A DNA stretch of 63,843 nucleotides, filler included, from Deltaproteobacteria bacterium (GTDB lineage: Bacteria > JAEEML01), in the NCBI GenBank assembly GCA_016283195.1. It is 4 parts of 4 records of this genome, joined end to end, with 100 filler letters (N's around TTAATTAATTAA, not from the genome) between each part and the next. Parts side by side here need not be neighbours in the genome. Positions count along the whole stretch, not along the records: positions 37,275 to 53,333 come from JAEEML010000062.1; 3 more parts are not named here. One strand, given 5' to 3'. A program made the position numbers and the translations under genes. The notes under the pieces were generated by a model. It ran no database searches. It saw nothing but the letters and a program-made list of their open reading frames with translations, and was not told where the DNA came from. This document shows, piece by piece, positions 37,822 to 48,047 of this stretch (its first letter is position 1; every line of letters starts with the position of its first letter).

Positions 37822-39741
37822 TTGGTTTCTTTTATGGCCGAGGCAAGGGAGCGCTTAAGCGCCAGAGAACAGCTGCTTTTGAATAAATTCCAAAGCGAGA
37901 AAAACCGCCGCTGCGAAGAAGCTTTTGTCCGCCTCTTTAGCGAAAAGAATACCCTGCGCCTCTTTTTTGTAAACGATGACGCCGCCCATACCGATGGCCA
38001 AAATATTATTCTCGACCCGGCTTACGGCTTTATCTTTTGCGATAAGAAATGCCTCCAAGAAACCCAAAAATTTTTGGGTTGGGAAGATACTCTTTCCTCG
38101 GCGCCTTGGAATGCCCTAAAAATGGTCACCCGCGGCCTGGCTTTGCACGAGTGTTTACATATTTTGTACACCGATTTTCCCGGCCGGGAATTTAAGGATG
38201 CCGATTTTTTTACGAGCGGCGGCCAGAGCCACCACAACGAGCGACTGACTGTCTCGCATATCTCCAATATAATAGAAGACGCCTATATCGAAGCGGTAGC
38301 CGCCACTATTTACCCTAATATTGCCGGCTATCTCCTTTTTATCACCGTGGCCCACCCCTTAAGCCACCGCCTAAGCCAGAGCACTGCCGAGCGCAAGCTG
38401 CAAAATATCGCCCCGGCAGAGAAAACAGCCACTCTCATAGATTATCTGGAGTATGTAACCTCTTTTCTGCTGTACCCCATGTTTGAGCCACCGCCTCTGA
38501 CGGCGGAAATTGCCAAGTATGTAAAAAAAACCAAAGATCTCTTTTTAAGAGCCTCCATGCTGCCAAGCCCCGCCGAGCGCTATAATTATGCTAAGGAGAT
38601 CTTTAAAATAATAAAACCGCTCATTCCCGAAGATAGCGATGAGCTTTTAGAGGAAAAACTTTTTAGCCGCTCTCTTCTCGGCAAAAACGCTTCCGGCGCC
38701 AATAATTTTCCCATGAGCTGCGCTGTGCGCTATGGACAAGCTCAGGAAGTTAAGCAGCCGATTTGGGCTCTTTTAGAGGGCCAAGAAGCGGAAAAGCTGG
38801 CCCGCTGGCGGAAAATCATTAGTCAGGAATTTCAAAGTGATTTAGACAACTTAAACGGACTTTGGGGCAAAAAAAAGGTCATCTGGCACGCGGCCAGCGC
38901 CTATGACACCGCGCCCATCCATAGAGGGATAAAAATAAAAGAAACGTGCCCAGCCATAAATATGAATATGCGCGCCGCTTACAATAATGTCTATGAGCGC
39001 TATCACCTGAGCATAAATACTTATAATACCCGCTTTTTGCAGCTCTTAAAGGCTAAAGTTACCGTGCGTGAGCGCCATTTTCTCTTTGGCGCCGGCCTGC
39101 GCTCCCAGGATTTCGGCGATGTCAAAAAGCGCTGGTGGTACCGCGACATCCCGGGGGTGGATATTCCCGATTTGGCAGTTCTTCTCCTCATCGACGGTAG
39201 CGGTTCCATGCAGGGGGCGCGGCGAAAATCAGCCATGGAAAGCGCGGTTATTTTGCATGAAGTCTTAAAGAAGCAAAAAATTCAGCATGCCATAGTCGAG
39301 CACCGCGCTGCTTTTGATAGGCCTGAGGTAGATATAAATATTCTGCTGGATTTTAGCGCTCGCGATGAGCAAAAATATAACCTCATGCTCCTTGATGCTG
39401 CTAATAACACCCGCGACGCCCTGGCCCTTTTTTGGGCCGAGCGCTATATTAGTCAAAAAACTTTTTGCGAGCACAAGCTCATAATTGTCCTCTCCGACGG
39501 TGAACCTTGTCATGATTACGACAATTACGTGCCGCCGATGAGCGTAAAAGATACTGCCGGCGCGGTAAAAAAGATTAGCGCCCGCGGCACGGATATTATC
39601 GCCGTGGCTTTAGATAATACCGACGAGTACGACACTTATGAAGATTTGCGGGAGATTTACCCCAGCCTGGTGGCCTGTAGCGATCTCTTTCGGCTCACCG
39701 GCCAGCTTTTAAAAATAATTTCCAGGAAGTTAACAATTTAA
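37822..39741 (+). CDS. vWA-domain protein (CobT/NorD-like) with N-terminal HExxH region
   Basis: AHTDG, LHECLH, NIIEDAYIE; MIDAS motif DGSGS; TRD; LSDGEP. Confidence 0.8.
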   Translation: MVSFMAEARERLSAREQLLLNKFQSEKNRRCEEAFVRLFSEKNTLRLFFVNDDAAHTDGQNIILDPAYGFIFCDKKCLQETQKFLGWEDTLSSAPWNALKMVTRGLALHECLHILYTDFPGREFKDADFFTSGGQSHHNERLTVSHISNIIEDAYIEAVAATIYPNIAGYLLFITVAHPLSHRLSQSTAERKLQNIAPAEKTATLIDYLEYVTSFLLYPMFEPPPLTAEIAKYVKKTKDLFLRASMLPSPAERYNYAKEIFKIIKPLIPEDSDELLEEKLFSRSLLGKNASGANNFPMSCAVRYGQAQEVKQPIWALLEGQEAEKLARWRKIISQEFQSDLDNLNGLWGKKKVIWHAASAYDTAPIHRGIKIKETCPAINMNMRAAYNNVYERYHLSINTYNTRFLQLLKAKVTVRERHFLFGAGLRSQDFGDVKKRWWYRDIPGVDIPDLAVLLLIDGSGSMQGARRKSAMESAVILHEVLKKQKIQHAIVEHRAAFDRPEVDINILLDFSARDEQKYNLMLLDAANNTRDALALFWAERYISQKTFCEHKLIIVLSDGEPCHDYDNYVPPMSVKDTAGAVKKISARGTDIIAVALDNTDEYDTYEDLREIYPSLVACSDLFRLTGQLLKIISRKLTI

Positions 39742-39760
39742 AGAAGAGAGTTTTGGGCTA

Positions 39761-40921
39761 TCAGGTAGCCGGCACGCATTTGCCGCCTTCACACATTTCT
39801 TCATCGCCACAGGAAGTTCTGTACTCTTCAAAGAACTGGTAGGATGTTGTATCTTCAAAGTATTCTGAGTTTTCAAAAGCCGCATACCAATCAGCATTAG
39901 TATCAATAAAGTGCTTGCCGTCTTTGGTATCGAAACAAGCTTTGGTGATAACAATATCGTCACCGGAGCAAGCATAAACATCATCGGCCGAGCTGCAGGG
40001 CTCTTCATTAGCAGCAATACAAACAACTTGATCTGCAAAAACATGGTGGCTAGCCGGGTTCCAATCATAGTCATGTTTGCCACCAATAGCAAAACCGCCT
40101 TCGGAAATAAGAGAGCAAGCGAAGCCGGCACCGCAATTAAGCTCTTTAACTACACTAATAAGCTCACCTTCTTCGTCAAGTTCATCACCGCAGTAAATAC
40201 CGGTAGCGCCATTGCAACGCGCCACAAAGAGGAAAGGATTACACTCCTCACCAACCTGAAGATTAAGGCCCTTATCTTCATCGCTAACCACACATTTTCC
40301 TGCCTCAGAACTAATAGTGGCATCAGAGCAGAACTCTGTTCTTTCAATATAAACAAATTCGCTGCCGCCGATATCGACACATTTCTTGGTACCACACTCT
40401 ACCACGCCATATTCGTTACTACACCAAAATTCTTCAGCTTCATCCATCTCATTATCGTTTTGACAGGCATTGACAGTACTATATGAAACAGCAATGGCAT
40501 CTTGTGCTACGCCTTCAATATTAATACTTTTACAAGCCATATTGGCATCAAGGTCTTCCATAACAACAATTTTCTTGGTATCAGGGTCACAAACCAAGGG
40601 GTCAAAACCGTCGCACACCAGTTTGTGGGTAAACGGATTACAAGGATCGCCGACTTTGATTTTGCCTTCATCCTTATCGCTAATATCACTACTGGCATCG
40701 CTACTGGCATCGCTTACAGCATCACTAGTGCTATCTGTCGGTTTGGCATCGCTTTGAGCATCGTTATCACCTGGCTTGGTATCGGTTTTGTTATCAGCCG
40801 GCTTTTGCTCACTGTTGTTATTGTTGCTGTTGATGTTCTCAGGCCCCACCACAATACAGCCAGAGACTGGGAGAGCCACTATGAGGCTCAAAAAGAGGGT
40901 TCTTAATGCAAATCTTTTCAT
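39761..40921 (-). CDS. Cys-rich acidic lipoprotein with two copies of a Cys module
   Basis: Lipobox VSGC, D/S/T/K linker, modules starting VGDPCNPF and VGEECNPF. Confidence 0.8.
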   Translation of the reverse strand: MKRFALRTLFLSLIVALPVSGCIVVGPENINSNNNNSEQKPADNKTDTKPGDNDAQSDAKPTDSTSDAVSDASSDASSDISDKDEGKIKVGDPCNPFTHKLVCDGFDPLVCDPDTKKIVVMEDLDANMACKSINIEGVAQDAIAVSYSTVNACQNDNEMDEAEEFWCSNEYGVVECGTKKCVDIGGSEFVYIERTEFCSDATISSEAGKCVVSDEDKGLNLQVGEECNPFLFVARCNGATGIYCGDELDEEGELISVVKELNCGAGFACSLISEGGFAIGGKHDYDWNPASHHVFADQVVCIAANEEPCSSADDVYACSGDDIVITKACFDTKDGKHFIDTNADWYAAFENSEYFEDTTSYQFFEEYRTSCGDEEMCEGGKCVPAT

Positions 40922-41137
40922 CTTTTTTTCCTTTCATACCGCTTGTAGCGGCTTAGGAGTTAGCTTTCTCTAATCCTGTTTATAAAGCGAGTTCTTGTCA
41001 ATTTTTTTTTTATAGCCTTCTAACTAGCGGTAATATATTTACTAAATTGCCAGCCGCTGTGTTATATAGCATAGGCGGGACAAGGGGCTAACGCGCTTTA
41101 TGCCGCTACCGGTTTTTGGATTTTATAGGCAATTAGC

Positions 41138-42604
41138 ATGGATATGGCGAAATATTTGGCTCTCTACCTCGATGAAAGCCGCAATCACCTAAAAAAGCTA
41201 AAAAATATTCTGGAGAGCACCCTCACGCCAAGCGTCGCTGAAGTGCAGGAAATATTTAGGCTTTTGCATACTTTAAAAGGCATGTCGGCCTCTATGGGCT
41301 ACCAGAGCATCGCCACTTTTGTCCACTCTCTCGAAAATAAGGTAATGCCGGTAAAAAACGGCGAACGCCCCTTTGATGAAAACTTACAAAAAGATCTTCT
41401 CCTGGGCTTAAGAGAGCTCTCCTGGAACTTTTCTCTGCTGGAGAAGGGGCGGCCGCTAACTCCGGCACTGCGCATTCGCAGCGATGTTTTGGACGATCTC
41501 ATAGATAACCTTGGCGAGCTCTTTGTTTCCAACCAAAGATTGCAAAATGCCCTCGCCCTGCGCGATTTAGATAAACTCGGCGAATATGCCGCTCTGCTCT
41601 CCAGCGAGCTCCGCTACTTGCACGAACATATTATTTCCCTAAGGCTAACTCCCCTCTCCTTCCTCACCGACCGCCTGCCGGAAACAGCGCAAACTCTGGC
41701 TAGGAAAACCGGCAAAGAAGTTAAATTAATTATCAAAGGCGACGAGCAGGAAGTTGACAGGTCCATTTTAGAAGCCCTCGATGCGCCGCTTATCCACCTT
41801 TTGCGCAACGCTATAGACCACGGCCTCGAAAGCCCGGAAGAGCGAAAGAAGGCCGGCAAGGAACCATGCGGCCAGATTACTATAAGCGCAAAAATAAATA
41901 ATAGCCGCCTAAGCCTCACTTTTAGCGACGACGGCCAAGGCATAGATGAGCAAAAAGTGCGCCAAAAAGCGCTGGCTGCCGGCCTAATCAGCGCCGGTGA
42001 GGCGGCGGAGATGAGTAAAGATAAGGCGCTCACGCTAATTTTTTCCTCCGGCCTCTCCACCAGCGAAAAAGTTAGCGATATTTCCGGCCGCGGTGTGGGG
42101 CTTGATGCGGTAAAAAAGCAGCTCGATTCTCTGGGCGGCCATTTGCAAGTGGCTTCGGAAGAGGGGCGCGGCACGGCTTTTACCATCGACTTGCCTTCAG
42201 CTTTAACCTTAACTTCCGCCTTTATTATCAAATGCGGCGCCCACACTATGGCTGTCCCCATGTGGCAGCTCATCGGCAGCGCGGTTGTTGAAGAATCGTT
42301 TGTCGGGCCGGAGGGGCATTATATTAACTTCCGCGGCGCCATTATCCCTCTTTATTCCTTAGCTAAAATTTTAAATATTCCTGCTCCTAAGCCCACCGCA
42401 ATTCCACCGTTTGCCCTGGTAACCAGCAGCAAAAATTCGCCAGTGGCTCTCGCCATTGATAAGGTTGTAGCCACGGAGGAACTGGTTATTAAGCCGCAAA
42501 ACCGCCTGCTGGCTGCCCTGCCCTGGTGCGACGGCGTGGCATTATGTGGCAACGGCAGACCGGTCTTGGTACTCGATTTAACAAATATTGTTTCCCTATT
42601 GTAA
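41138..42604 (+). CDS. cheA: Chemotaxis histidine kinase CheA (compact, DifE-like)
   Basis: Hpt FRLLHTLKGMS, HLLRNAIDHG, DDGQGID, ISGRGVGLD, C-terminal CheW-like domain. Confidence 0.9.
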   Translation: MDMAKYLALYLDESRNHLKKLKNILESTLTPSVAEVQEIFRLLHTLKGMSASMGYQSIATFVHSLENKVMPVKNGERPFDENLQKDLLLGLRELSWNFSLLEKGRPLTPALRIRSDVLDDLIDNLGELFVSNQRLQNALALRDLDKLGEYAALLSSELRYLHEHIISLRLTPLSFLTDRLPETAQTLARKTGKEVKLIIKGDEQEVDRSILEALDAPLIHLLRNAIDHGLESPEERKKAGKEPCGQITISAKINNSRLSLTFSDDGQGIDEQKVRQKALAAGLISAGEAAEMSKDKALTLIFSSGLSTSEKVSDISGRGVGLDAVKKQLDSLGGHLQVASEEGRGTAFTIDLPSALTLTSAFIIKCGAHTMAVPMWQLIGSAVVEESFVGPEGHYINFRGAIIPLYSLAKILNIPAPKPTAIPPFALVTSSKNSPVALAIDKVVATEELVIKPQNRLLAALPWCDGVALCGNGRPVLVLDLTNIVSLL

Positions 42605-42665
42605 TTTTTTTGTTGAAATAATAAAATAAATATCATAGCTTGCCGGTCGGTTAGGAGGTTCTGTA

Positions 42666-43364
42666 ATGCAAACGAAAATCAGTTCTTCATTGGAAGATTA
42701 TTTAGAAACTATTTACCTATTGCAGCGCGACCATGGTTTTGCCAGGGTCAAAGAGATTGCCGCTGCTCGTGATGTAAAAGCCGCTTCTGTCTCCGTAGCT
42801 TTAAGAAAGCTGGCTGAGGCTAAGCTGGTGCGCTATGAGCGGCGTGAATATATCAATCTTACGCCCGAGGGTGAAAAAACCGCCCGTTCGGTCTTTTCGC
42901 GCCATCGGCTTCTAAAGCGCTTTTTTTGCGAGGTGTTGCAAATGTCGCTGGACGGCGCCGATGAACAAGCCTGCGCTCTGGAGCACAGTTTAACCGATGA
43001 AGGCATGAACCGCCTGGTACGTTTTTTTGAATTTCTGGATAATTGCCCCTCAGTTGTTGAAGATTTTAAAAAATGCCTAGAGCAGGAAAAGTGCCCCAAT
43101 AAAGACAGCGCCGAGTGTAAAAATTGCAATTACACCAAAGAAAAGCACCGCTCGGTTGCCGGTCTTGATGCCGGCGAGCCGGCCATTGTCTCCAATATTA
43201 ATGCCAGTGGCACCATGCGCCAACATCTCCTGGATATCGGCGTGTTGCCCGGTTCGCTCCTGGAAGTGGAAAAACGCGGCAAAAACGGCAATATCACTAT
43301 AAGGATTCACAAAACTTCCCTTACCGTATCCGCCGAGGAAGCGGAAGCCATTATCATCCGCTAA
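42666..43364 (+). CDS. DtxR/MntR family metal-dependent regulator with FeoA domain
   Basis: SLEDYLETIY, ARVKEIA, RHRLL..F, ACALEH, C-terminal FeoA-like LLDIGVLPG. Confidence 0.9.
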   Translation: MQTKISSSLEDYLETIYLLQRDHGFARVKEIAAARDVKAASVSVALRKLAEAKLVRYERREYINLTPEGEKTARSVFSRHRLLKRFFCEVLQMSLDGADEQACALEHSLTDEGMNRLVRFFEFLDNCPSVVEDFKKCLEQEKCPNKDSAECKNCNYTKEKHRSVAGLDAGEPAIVSNINASGTMRQHLLDIGVLPGSLLEVEKRGKNGNITIRIHKTSLTVSAEEAEAIIIR

Positions 43365-43431
43365 TTAACAGTAGCCGACAAATCTACATCCCGGCCATTT
43401 CTGGCCATTCTGAAGAGGCACAAAATTTTGC

Positions 43432-43465
43432 ATTGTAGAGGCACAAAATTTTGCGCCTCTACAAT
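43432..43465. repeat. GTAG-type REP-like palindrome / bidirectional terminator
   Basis: ATTGTAGAGGCACAAAATTTTGCGCCTCTACAAT between convergent genes, preceded by a partial direct copy agaggcacaaaattttgc (43414-43431). Confidence 0.6.
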
Positions 43466-43499
43466 TGGAATATTTGCCTTTTCAATTAGGATATTTGCC

Positions 43500-44588
43500 T
43501 TACACCGCCACGGTAGAATGCAAACGACCTAAAAGATCAAGATATTCCACCTGTTTAGCATATATGCCAGGAGTTTTACTGAGGAGCACCAAACAGCCGC
43601 CATTGCTAAAGGGAATAATGGCTCTGGCTGCCACTACCATGGTAGTGAGTTCCAGGCGATCGGCCGGGCTGTCAAAAACTACTGTGCGCCGCGGATCGCC
43701 CTCGCGGGCTATGTGGGAATGTTCCTGTTTGGCCAGCTTTATACCTTGATGATGTGTCAAAAAGCGGAAGCGCCCGTCACCGGAGGGAATAGCAATGAAA
43801 GCGGCATCAAAAGGCACCACTTTGGGCAGCACTTTAAAGAGGATAGCCGCCGGGTTTTCATTGGGATCTCTAGTTAAATACCTAAGTGCCAAGTGAAAAA
43901 GAATAGCCAGTTGGCGGCGTTCCTGTTCAACTTTGGCCAATTTACCGGCTCTATCGGCACTCTCGGAGCTGTAATCAGGCGAGCTGAGATTCATATTAAC
44001 CAGCGTTGGCCGGCTGGCCAGAGGCTGCATATCACTGCCCTGCTCGGCCGGGGCAGCTTCACGCGGCACAGCTTCCATGCGGGTCTCCGGCAGAGACGAG
44101 GCCGGAGCCTGGGGGGCAGCCGCCGCAGCCGGTTCATCCTTGATAGCCAGAGTAAAACGCACCTGCGAAAAAAGGATGATATCCTGATTTTGCAAAGAAT
44201 AATGCTGCTCTGGAGTAAGGCGGGAGCCACCAAGCGAAGTACCGTTGGCACTACCTAAATCCCAAAGTTCCACACCGCCATCGGGCTTTATTTCAATAGC
44301 TGCATGCTGCCGGGAAATACCGCCGTAATTTATACAAATATCGGAATTTTTCCCTCTCCCGATGATGTTAACACCGGGTTTTAAGCGAAAACATTCACGG
44401 CAATGCTCTGAAGTACCGATGAGCTCCACCACGGCATTGCCGGCAGCAATAGCCGGATTAGAACCCGGATTAGAAGGAGGAGGAGGAGGCATATCACTCC
44501 AATTGCTCCAACCACTATTTGAATTACTGGGCGCCGCGCCCCAAGGGTCAGCACCGCTTCCATTCATTTCTATATTGTGATTCTCCAC
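43500..44588 (-). CDS. FHA-domain protein with C-terminal GAF-like region
   Basis: IIGRGKNSDI, ISRQHA, DLGSANGT. Probable GTG start 44588 with a GAGG RBS. Confidence 0.8.
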   Translation of the reverse strand: MENHNIEMNGSGADPWGAAPSNSNSGWSNWSDMPPPPPSNPGSNPAIAAGNAVVELIGTSEHCRECFRLKPGVNIIGRGKNSDICINYGGISRQHAAIEIKPDGGVELWDLGSANGTSLGGSRLTPEQHYSLQNQDIILFSQVRFTLAIKDEPAAAAAPQAPASSLPETRMEAVPREAAPAEQGSDMQPLASRPTLVNMNLSSPDYSSESADRAGKLAKVEQERRQLAILFHLALRYLTRDPNENPAAILFKVLPKVVPFDAAFIAIPSGDGRFRFLTHHQGIKLAKQEHSHIAREGDPRRTVVFDSPADRLELTTMVVAARAIIPFSNGGCLVLLSKTPGIYAKQVEYLDLLGRLHSTVAV

Positions 44589-44738
44589 ATTAACCTCACC
44601 AGAGTAGAACTCACACAATAGGGGAAGCTATCATATAGCTGCGCATTTGCCAACAGAGACGCGAATTTTTTTTTACCATTTTTTAAAAAAAGTTGTTGAC
44701 CTTAAGAAAGAGCTCTGCTAGTAAGTCCAAACCAGTGG

Positions 44739-44814
44739 GGCGTGATACCCAAGTGGCTAAGGGAACGGTCTGCAAAACCGTGACTCACCGGTTCGAGTCC
44801 GGTTCACGCCTCCA
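44739..44814 (+). tRNA. tRNA-Cys (GCA)
   Basis: Acceptor stem GGCGTGA/TCACGCC, anticodon arm ACGGT-CTGCAAA-ACCGT, T-arm ACCGG-TTCGAGT-CCGGT, discriminator T plus encoded CCA. TTGACC-17-TAGTAA lies upstream. Confidence 0.96.
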
Positions 44815-44856
44815 TTTTTTTATGTGCTGTAACACTAAGCTGTTGGGAGATATGCA

Positions 44857-45054
44857 ATGAAAGAAAATACTCATCCTGATTATCCGGTTTGTACAATTAA
44901 ATGCGCTTGCGGCAATGTCATTGAAACTCGCTCCACCAAGGGCGATTTCACCATTGATATTTGCGCTAAATGCCACCCCTTCTATACCGGCAAACAAAAG
45001 CTCGTTGACAGCGCCGGTCGCGTTGAGCGTTTCAACAAGAAATACGGCCGTTAG
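44857..45054 (+). CDS. rpmE: 50S ribosomal protein L31 (Zn-binding type)
   Basis: [31 protein letters not shown]. Confidence 0.96.
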   Translation: MKENTHPDYPVCTIKCACGNVIETRSTKGDFTIDICAKCHPFYTGKQKLVDSAGRVERFNKKYGR

Positions 45055-45113
45055 TTTTCCTTATTATTCTCTTTAGTTTTTTCTTCCCCCACAATTAAAA
45101 AAAGGTTCGTCAG

Positions 45114-46205
<1,092 letters not shown>

Positions 46206-46316
46206 TGATGGGGCACCGGGGCGTAAAGGTGTTTTGGGAAAACCTGCCAATAGCGATAACCAAATAAAAACAAAAAGAATAACAACAGCATAAAATTAGT
46301 TAATATTTACGCTCAG

Positions 46317-47975
46317 TTACCAGTAAGTTTCTATCTTCTTTATGCAACGGACAGAATAGGCTTCATCCTTCTCGCCTCTCTGTATGTTGGCATAGTGGCT
46401 ATCCAGGTGCAAGTTGTACGCATGAGAATTATAGGTTTCCGTACTGGACCAAAAGTCGGCTTCGGAGTCGAAATTGTAGCACTTGCTACTCCCGCAGTGA
46501 CCGGCAGGGAGCGCGGAAAAACCCAAAGTATCTTTGCCGTTATTAAAACTAGCGATTCTTAAATTATTGCCGGCGTTAATAAGTCTCCGGGTTTTATCAC
46601 CGCCGCCGGCATAATCGATCAATTCATTAAAATCATCTTTTGATGGCAAACGCCAACCTGGTGGGCAAGCTCTTCTGGCCTTTTCCCACTCATAGAGATA
46701 GCCCCAAACAGCATCATTATTCTTATCATCATTAGGCCAATAATGTTCTACACCGGCGTAGCGCAGATTTTCGGCAAACCACAGCTTTTTATTTATCCTT
46801 ATCGTTTTGTATTCTTTTCCATCGCGCGGGTCGGTAAAAATTTGGCTATCTGTTGCCGGCTGCTTAATAAGAGAAGCTGAGTTCTTTATACAGCGAACAG
46901 ACAAATATCTATCATTTTTTCCATAAGATACCAGCGCTTTATTGACATCTACATAGAGGCCGTAAGCAATTATTTTATTTTGCTCCGTACTGGACCAGAA
47001 ATAGGCCTCAGTATCCAAAAATGAACAGCCTGTTCTTTCGCATTTACCGGCCGGGAGGGCGCCAAAACCAGATAAATTTTTACCCTTTTCCCAATTTTTG
47101 TGGCGCAAGTTTTCAGAATCTGTTCCTTCTGCATAAACATTGGCCAAAAGGCTGTCAAATTCTATTTTGCTGGGCAAGTGGAAGCCGGCAGGACACACTT
47201 TCTGTGCATCGGTAAATTTATATAACAGCCCATATTCACTGGGCTTTTTAGATGCTTTATAATCTATACTCTTGGAAACATAGCGCATATTCTCAGCCAT
47301 CCAGATTTGATTATTAATCTGCACTATTTTATATTTATGACCATCGCGCTGATCTATAAAGGTATTCAGTGCGTGACCATCTTCTAAGTCCTTAACACAA
47401 CGCACGGAAAGAAAATCTGTTTCCTGATTATTGCAGATCTTGGCCGAAACATTATTTTGAGATATCACCATAGAGTAAGCGTCATTATAGCCGTCTTGAG
47501 TGCACTCGGTAACCGACCAAAAGTAGGCAGCTGTTCCAAAAGAAATACAGCTTTCGGACTTATGAGCCCCAGCCGGCAGCGCCGAAAAGCCATAACTATT
47601 TTTGCCACCCTGCCAACTAGCGGCGCGCAAATTATCTGCCCCTTCCTGCCCGCTACCGACATGCACCAAGAGGCGCTCAAATTCCACTTTAGTGGGCAGG
47701 TGCCAGCCGGCAGGGCACACTTTTTGCGCATCAATCCAACTGTAAAGGCAGCCATAGTTTTTGAGGGAAGCACCGTATTTGGTATCATAGTTACAGGCTA
47801 TTTCCTCAGCAATGTATTTCATATTTTCGGCCATCCAGGTTTCGCGGCCGATTTTAACTACCTTATAAACATTGCCATCGCGCTCATCGGTAAATGAGTC
47901 GTATTCTTCTGCCTCTATAGCGGTTGTAAGTAGGGTTATTATACAAAAAGCCGTTATTTTGATTAAATTATTCAT
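46317..47975 (-). CDS. Secreted triple-FISUMP-domain protein (paralog A)
   Basis: Signal peptide; three FxDxRDG..W(M/F)AEN..CPxG(W/F)xLP..LPAG..FWS..SVRC domains. Probable start ATG 47975. Confidence 0.9.
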   Translation of the reverse strand: MNNLIKITAFCIITLLTTAIEAEEYDSFTDERDGNVYKVVKIGRETWMAENMKYIAEEIACNYDTKYGASLKNYGCLYSWIDAQKVCPAGWHLPTKVEFERLLVHVGSGQEGADNLRAASWQGGKNSYGFSALPAGAHKSESCISFGTAAYFWSVTECTQDGYNDAYSMVISQNNVSAKICNNQETDFLSVRCVKDLEDGHALNTFIDQRDGHKYKIVQINNQIWMAENMRYVSKSIDYKASKKPSEYGLLYKFTDAQKVCPAGFHLPSKIEFDSLLANVYAEGTDSENLRHKNWEKGKNLSGFGALPAGKCERTGCSFLDTEAYFWSSTEQNKIIAYGLYVDVNKALVSYGKNDRYLSVRCIKNSASLIKQPATDSQIFTDPRDGKEYKTIRINKKLWFAENLRYAGVEHYWPNDDKNNDAVWGYLYEWEKARRACPPGWRLPSKDDFNELIDYAGGGDKTRRLINAGNNLRIASFNNGKDTLGFSALPAGHCGSSKCYNFDSEADFWSSTETYNSHAYNLHLDSHYANIQRGEKDEAYSVRCIKKIETYW

Positions 47976-48047
47976 TATTATCCTCAAGTGTTGCTGCCTT
48001 AAACTGCCTGCACATCATCTCTCTTACCTAGAGTAAAGCCAACCTGG

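Noticed and set aside
44639-44654. Minus-strand GG-N10-GC (TGGCAAATGCGCAGCT) upstream of the FHA gene as a sigma54 promoter
   Set aside because: It matches poorly outside the dinucleotides and is not distinguishable from chance.
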